Assembly (NCBI GenBank): GCA_964626665.1
Contig: CAZVGK010000011.1
Span: 1-64,000, forward strand
DNA from: an uncultured Gemmatimonadota bacterium
Lineage (GTDB): Bacteria; SM23-81; DAOVCL01
DNA length: 64,000 nt
Direction of reading: 5' to 3'
A program made the translations under genes and the position numbers. Positions 58,640 to 64,000 of this stretch are shown here, in pieces (positions within the stretch are counted from its first letter, which is position 1; each line of letters begins with the position of its first letter). The notes under the pieces are model-generated. The model was not told where the DNA came from. It ran no database searches and was given only the letters and a program-made list of their open reading frames with translations.

Positions 58640-58936
58640 CTATTCCACATGACTCTCTTGCTTCAAGAGTAACTCACTTATGTTGTGGCCCTTCTTCTTT
58701 CATAGTCTGCAAACTACTGGCTCCCCACGCTTCTCACGATGACTGCTTGTGCACTCATTCATAAATCTAATTTACTCAAACTCTTCGACCGAGTCAAGAA
58801 CTTTTCTCGACGGTTTTGGCTGAGAGCCTCAGCGTTCTGGGGACCTGATCCTGTTCTCCTTTGCAGTGGACCCTATGGGAGGTGATTCCATCTACCTGCG
58901 TCAAAAATGTTAACAGTCCCGCTATCTTTAGGACGT

Positions 58937-59818
58937 CTAAAGAGAGGAAGCATCGTGCTTTCTCCCCACTAACTCCATTATCTCGGTGGCCAATTCCTCA
59001 ATCGACTTGGAGGTGACATCGATCACCTTCCACCTCCGTCGCTGGAAGATGGTATGGCTGTAGGCAAGCTCCTTTTTGATCTCCTGCAGATCCACATAGG
59101 AACCCAGCTCGGCTGCCGCCAACCGTTTGGCCCGGGCCTTCCGAATGGCCTGGAGCCTCTGGTGATGGATGGTCAGGCCGATTATCTTGTGGGGGGCGAT
59201 GGTGAAAAGTTGAGGAGGAGGTTCAATCCCCAAAACTATGGGGAGATTGGCCACCCTGTACCCCCGGTAGGAAAGGTAGATGCTGATTGGGGTCTTGGAG
59301 GTTCTGGAGACGCCAACCAGGACGATATCCGCCTCCGATAAATCCTGGGGACGCAACCCGTCGTCGTGCTTTACCGTGAAATCGATGGCCTCGATGCGCC
59401 GGTAGTAGGCCTCGTCCAGGTCCCTGAACAGGCCTGGGATGGCCATAGGGGAGATCTCCAGCAGATCGGTGAGCCTGGTGAGGATGGGGCCCAGGATATC
59501 GATGGTGGGCACCGCGTTCCGCCGGCCACCGGAGAGCATCGCCCTCCTCAGTTGGGGGGAGACCAGGGTATAGACCACAATCCCTCGCTTCCTCCTGGCC
59601 TCTTCGATGACCTCCTGCACCTGGGCCTCATTGCGCACATGTTGCATCCGATGCAGGACCGCCTGAGAGGTCTCAAACTGGGTCAAGGCGGCCTTAACCA
59701 CGAGTTCACAGGTCCTCCCTGTGGCGTCCGAGACGATAAAGATATGCCTCCCCTGTTGCGGCAGAGATAGGGATTTCTGCTCCGAACCATCCATTATGGC
59801 CTCATCTATCTGTTCCAT
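58937..59818 (-). CDS. ppsR: PEP synthase/PPDK regulatory kinase-pyrophosphorylase (DUF299)
   Basis: VSDATGRT, RIEAIDFTVKHDDG, GVSRTSKTPISIYL, SIEE. Confidence 0.92.
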   Translation of the reverse strand: MEQIDEAIMDGSEQKSLSLPQQGRHIFIVSDATGRTCELVVKAALTQFETSQAVLHRMQHVRNEAQVQEVIEEARRKRGIVVYTLVSPQLRRAMLSGGRRNAVPTIDILGPILTRLTDLLEISPMAIPGLFRDLDEAYYRRIEAIDFTVKHDDGLRPQDLSEADIVLVGVSRTSKTPISIYLSYRGYRVANLPIVLGIEPPPQLFTIAPHKIIGLTIHHQRLQAIRKARAKRLAAAELGSYVDLQEIKKELAYSHTIFQRRRWKVIDVTSKSIEELATEIMELVGRKHDASSL

Positions 59819-59863
59819 AGAACGCCGAAAATGTGCACGGAGAATAAAAACCAGCCCCCTTTT

Positions 59864-60346
59864 TTATGTGGCTATCCCGTAGATCAAGAGGGCAAGCATA
59901 GCCAAGGCTAAGAAAAACCTAATCATCATGCCCCCTAAAACCCCCACGGCAGCTCCCAATCCAGCCCTAAAGCTTCCCGCAGAATCCTTTCCGCCCAAAG
60001 CTTCCCCCAAAAACGCCCCTATAAATGGCCCAACGAAAAGACCAGGCAGATTGCCCAACAAAAACCCGCCAAGGGCACCCAGGACTGCCCCTACCATCCC
60101 CAACTTTGAGGCCCCCAAACCTCTGGCACCAAGCGAGGTGGCAATGTAATCCACCAAGAGGGAGAAGAGGGTGAGAATCACCAGGGCGATGTAGATTTCG
60201 GAGCCTATCCGCTGAAAACCAAACCCAAGTCCATAGACCACGGCAGCCAAAAGGATAAGAAGGGTCCCCGGCAGGAAGGGAAGAATAACGCCAACGAGAC
60301 CGAGGATAACCAAAAGCACCACAACGATTCCAAAAATTATCTGCAT
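59864..60346 (-). CDS. DUF456 membrane protein (copy A)
   Basis: GVILPFLPG, LVDY..G..GASK.G..G, GPFIGAFLGE. Confidence 0.85.
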   Translation of the reverse strand: MQIIFGIVVVLLVILGLVGVILPFLPGTLLILLAAVVYGLGFGFQRIGSEIYIALVILTLFSLLVDYIATSLGARGLGASKLGMVGAVLGALGGFLLGNLPGLFVGPFIGAFLGEALGGKDSAGSFRAGLGAAVGVLGGMMIRFFLALAMLALLIYGIAT

Positions 60347-60660
60347 CAGCCAAAACCCCGTCCCAGGCAATACGGATATTGTTTCAGATTACCTGTTAGG
60401 AAACCACGAGATTCCACTATCCCGAATTATTCATAAAAATCTGTAAGTAGCTTTAAATTACCAATAGCTGAGCGGTCAGATTCCCTGATCTGACCGGGGC
60501 AGAACGGGGGTTCTGCCCCCTCAATTTTGCAGATTGGGTTACAAGCCCCCGACGATCATCCTCATCCAGGAATATGAGCCCTCCAAAATGAGAGAAGTTT
60601 ATGATATTACTCTGGCCACATAATTTGCACATTGCGAAACAATATAGAACAGTATAGGGG

Positions 60661-60900
60661 TCAGGTCTTGCTTTTTGCCATCATCGAGGCTATCCTGCTT
60701 ACCCTGGAGTAGTGAACCCCTAAAAATTCACCAACCTCCTTCAGTTTGTATCTCCACCTGTAAATAGCCTCGTATATACCTTCATTAGCCTCCTTCCCCT
60801 CAAATATCTCCTCAAGCGATGGCCTTGCAGCATACCTTTCCCTTCTTGCCACCTCCCCTGCTCCAAACTTCTCCAGCAGATCCCTTGCCTTTTGAATAAT
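60661..60900 (-). pseudogene. RAYT/Y1-transposase-like C-terminal HTH remnant; second remnant at about 62110-62232
   Basis: RPSLEEIF..YKLKEVGEFLGVHYSRVSRI..KSKT followed by TGACCCC; no HUH domain present. Confidence 0.55.
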
Positions 60901-61574
60901 ATAGGGGCAACTCCTATATTTTTGTTGGAAAATATAGGGCAAAAATAGTGAAGAAGGCTGAGGATTGGAAGTGGTCAAATGCGAGGGTGAATATAAAGGG
61001 AATGAGAGACGATGTTTTAGATAAAATATGGGGGGGCCCGCATTTCGCATCGACAGCTAAAAGCTACGGGATGTAAGGGGGGGATGCAGAGGCACACCCG
61101 CAAATGCACAGAATAGTGCTTTGTAGGAATTGATTTTGGTTTATTCCCCCAAATTGCACCCTATCAAAAGGCTTTCAACCTCTATTGAGAACACCTCGTA
61201 AGAATTCCCTTCTGCTTCAAACCCGAATTATTCATAAACTAATAGCGGATTGAGGTAATCTCTTGAGATTGACGGGAATTTGTATTCTCGTGTAGGGACA
61301 GACCTTCAGGTCTGTCCGCTCCTCGGACAAGTCTAAAGACTTGTCCCTACGATTGAAAGTTCCTGACGATTAAAGGTTAATAAGAATTTATGAATAAATC
61401 AGGCAAAATACCTACATTGCAAATAGCTCATTATAACTTGACAGAATAGAAAAAGAGCTTATATTCTCTTATGTGTCCCCGATGTGCCTGGATAGCTGGC
61501 CAGCGTCTTATATAGCTTGAAGTGTTGCCCTAAGGAAGTTATACAGAAGTTAGGCTTAAAAAGGATGACAACGT

Positions 61575-61832
61575 ATGCCAACTATTCTCCTGATTCTTGG
61601 ATGGCGCCTCTTCTTTTATGCTAATGAGAGGAATGAACCTATCCATATTCACTGTCGAAAGGGCGATAAGGAATGCAAGTACTGGCTTGATACAGAAACT
61701 TTTGATTTGGAGGAAGCGTACGCTTACCATGTGACACCAAGAGATAAACGAGAAATAAAGAAGATCATTTTTGAACACTTTGAGTATATTGAACAGCAAT
61801 GGGAGGAATTCCAGAGGAGAAGAGATATATGA
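61575..61832 (+). CDS. DUF4160 protein (putative toxin of a TA-like pair)
   Basis: MPTI..GWRLFFYANE.NEPIHIHC..KYWL..W. Confidence 0.85.
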   Translation: MPTILLILGWRLFFYANERNEPIHIHCRKGDKECKYWLDTETFDLEEAYAYHVTPRDKREIKKIIFEHFEYIEQQWEEFQRRRDI

Positions 61833-62107
61833 AGAGATATCATGATGTCCAAAATGTCCGTTTTGAAGGCGATAATATCGTCCTCAAAATCGACGGGGCC
61901 CAGAAGAGATTTCCCTTGGAGAAAGTTTCCAAAAGGCTTCTTCATGCCAATCCTACTGAGCGTCAGACATACGAAGTCTCACCTTCTGGATACGGCATTA
62001 ATTGGCCCCTAATCGATGAGGATATCTCCATTGACGGGTTACTTGGGATAGTCCATTGCAGAAAGGCGAAAAACAAAGTTGGGAGTAGAAAAAAGGTCAG
62101 TTTGTAA
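61829..62107 (+). CDS. DUF2442 protein (putative antitoxin)
   Basis: ATGA overlap with the DUF4160 gene; RLLHA..ER..YE...GYGINWPLIDEDISIDGLL. Confidence 0.85.
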   Translation: MKRYHDVQNVRFEGDNIVLKIDGAQKRFPLEKVSKRLLHANPTERQTYEVSPSGYGINWPLIDEDISIDGLLGIVHCRKAKNKVGSRKKVSL

Positions 62108-62238
62108 AACAGTATGGGGGTCAGGTCTTGCTTTTTGCTACCCTCGCGGCTATCCTGCTTACCGTTGAGTAGTGAATCCCCCAAAATCCGCCAACCTTCA
62201 TCAGCTTATATCGCCACCCATAAATGGCCTCTTTAATC

Positions 62239-62721
62239 CTATGTGGCCATCCCGTAGACCAAAAGCGCGATCATCGCCAGGGCCAGGAGGAACCTGACCA
62301 CCATTCCCCCTAAAACCCCCACGGCAGCTCCCAATCCAGCCCTAAAGCTTCCCGCAGAATCCTTTCCGCCCAAAGCTTCCCCCAAAAACGCCCCTATAAA
62401 TGGCCCAACGAAAAGACCAGGCAGATTGCCCAACAAAAACCCGCCAAGGGCACCCAGGACTGCCCCTACCATCCCCAACTTTGAGGCCCCCAAACCTCTG
62501 GCACCAAGCGAGGTGGCAATGTAATCCACCAAGAGGGAGAAGAGGGTGAGAATCACCAGGGCGATGTAGATTTCGGAGCCTATCCGCTGAAAACCAAACC
62601 CAAGTCCATAGACCACGGCAGCCAAAAGGATAAGAAGGGTCCCCGGCAGGAAGGGAAGAATAACGCCAACGAGACCGAGGATAACCAAAAGCACCACAAC
62701 GATTCCAATAATTATCTGCAT
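62239..62721 (-). CDS. DUF456 membrane protein (copy B)
   Basis: Near-identical to copy A. Confidence 0.85.
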   Translation of the reverse strand: MQIIIGIVVVLLVILGLVGVILPFLPGTLLILLAAVVYGLGFGFQRIGSEIYIALVILTLFSLLVDYIATSLGARGLGASKLGMVGAVLGALGGFLLGNLPGLFVGPFIGAFLGEALGGKDSAGSFRAGLGAAVGVLGGMVVRFLLALAMIALLVYGMAT

Positions 62722-63046
62722 CGTAAGGTATTCAAAATAATCTGCATTTCAATCCTGCCAGATCTCGTTTTTTGGACAAAACTTTTCAGCTCGCCTTGAA
62801 TAAAAGACTTCTACCGCACTTCAGCGCGGGTTAGGGCCTTTAGGCCCAACTTATTGAGGGCTAAAGCCCTCTTACCCCCCGCTTTAGCGGGGGTAGAAGG
62901 ATAGGGGGCGCATTTATGCGACTATCTATTCGCGAGATTCGTCTATTTGTGTCATTCGTGTTCCAAAGATTCAGTGAAATCAGTGTAATCTGTAGCCTTT
63001 GTTTGGTTGCAGCTTTGCCGCGCTGTGGTTATACACATTTTGGCGG

Positions 63047-64000
63047 TTACGGATGGGCCTGGGCCCAGTTCTCCCCCCAGCCTATGTCCGCCTTTATGGG
63101 GACCTTGAGGCTAAGGGCATTCTCCATCTTCTCCTTAACCAATTGGGTAACCTCTTCTAATTCCCCCCGCGGAACCTCAAAGACGAGCTCGTCATGCACC
63201 TGGATGATTAGTTTGGCCTGCAGCCCCCTTTTCCAAAGCTCCTCCTGAATGTTGATCATCGCCAGCTTAATCATATCCGCCGCCGAGCCCTGCACCGGCG
63301 TGTTGATCGCGGTGCGTTGGGCAAAGCTCCTTTCCTTTGACCTCTCCTCCCTGAGCTCCGGCAGGTATCTCCTGCGATTTAGGAGCGTCGTCACATAACC
63401 GTCCCTTTTGGCCCTTTCAATGGTGCTCTCGATGTATTCCTTAACCTGAGGATAAGTGGCAAAGTAGTTATCAATGAACTCCTCGGCCTCCTGCAGGGGC
63501 ATATCCAACCGGGAGGAGAGGCCATGCGGCCCCATCCCATAGATGATGCCGAAATTGACCATCTTGGCCCGGGACCTCAATTGAGAGGTAACCTGGGAGA
63601 GGGAGAGGCCAAATATCAGAGAGGCCGTCCTCCGATGGATGTCCTCCCCCTGGCGGAAGGCCTCGATCAGCCTCTCATCTCCGGAGAGATGGGCCATTAT
63701 GCGCAACTCTATCTGGGAGTAGTCAGCGGAGAGGATGACGCTCTCCCCATCTCCGGCGATAAATGCCTCCCTGATTCTTTTGCCCAACTCGGTCTTGATG
63801 GGAATGTTCTGCAGGTTGGGATCGGAGCTGGATAGCCTGCCCGTGGCGGTAACCGTCTGATTGAATGACGTGTGGATCCTTCCAGTTTTAGGATTGACAA
63901 GCTGAGGAAGGGCATCAACATAGGTGCTTTTGAGCTTGCTCAGTTGCCTGTAATCGAGGAGCTTTTTGGCTATCTGGGAATCCTTGGCCAACTCCTCCAA
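63047..64000 (-). CDS. polA: DNA polymerase I, C-terminal part (5' end lies outside the window)
   Basis: TATGRLSSSDPNLQNIP, ADYSQIELR, AKMVNFGIIYG, QGSAAD, QVHDELVFE. Confidence 0.98.
   Translation of the reverse strand: MEELAKDSQIAKKLLDYRQLSKLKSTYVDALPQLVNPKTGRIHTSFNQTVTATGRLSSSDPNLQNIPIKTELGKRIREAFIAGDGESVILSADYSQIELRIMAHLSGDERLIEAFRQGEDIHRRTASLIFGLSLSQVTSQLRSRAKMVNFGIIYGMGPHGLSSRLDMPLQEAEEFIDNYFATYPQVKEYIESTIERAKRDGYVTTLLNRRRYLPELREERSKERSFAQRTAINTPVQGSAADMIKLAMINIQEELWKRGLQAKLIIQVHDELVFEVPRGELEEVTQLVKEKMENALSLKVPIKADIGWGENWAQAHP

Noticed and set aside
61030-61110. AAAGCTACGGG as a c-di-GMP-I riboswitch
   Set aside because: There is no first stem with GGCAAA and a GNRA loop.

Overview
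Bacterial chromosomal segment with no rRNA, tRNA or CRISPR array seen. The taxon is unknown; DUF4837/DUF5683-like genes hint at an FCB-group-like lineage (inference only). 0.7-4.8 kb: nadC, coaX and CIRCE-controlled groESL. 4.9-25.7 kb, minus strand: late flagellar genes (flgM, flgN, two fliS, fliD, flaG, fliC, csrA-like, fliW, flgF) with sigma28 and sigma54 promoters, enclosing a glycosylation island of GT2/GT4/TPR, methyltransferase and B12 radical SAM genes. 27.8-37 kb: a type I R-M locus (DUF1016, hsdM, hsdS, hsdR). Between hsdS and hsdR lies a cassette of a DUF3800 gene, a frameshifted small putative nuclease and a convergent, separately promoted ~65-nt structured RNA; this is the best candidate for an undescribed system. 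37-47 kb: housekeeping and envelope genes plus an ECF sigma / anti-sigma / HtrA-like operon. 47.5-58.8 kb: an AT-rich, repeat-framed defence island with two TIR genes, a HEPN gene, an NDT-like/SNase-like fusion, a type II R-M pair and decayed terminase-like fragments. 58.9-64 kb: ppsR, a duplicated DUF456 gene flanking a DUF4160/DUF2442 pair, and partial polA. Intergenic DNA is dense with nested REP/MITE-like palindromes. Family assignments come from motif recognition by eye, not database searches.
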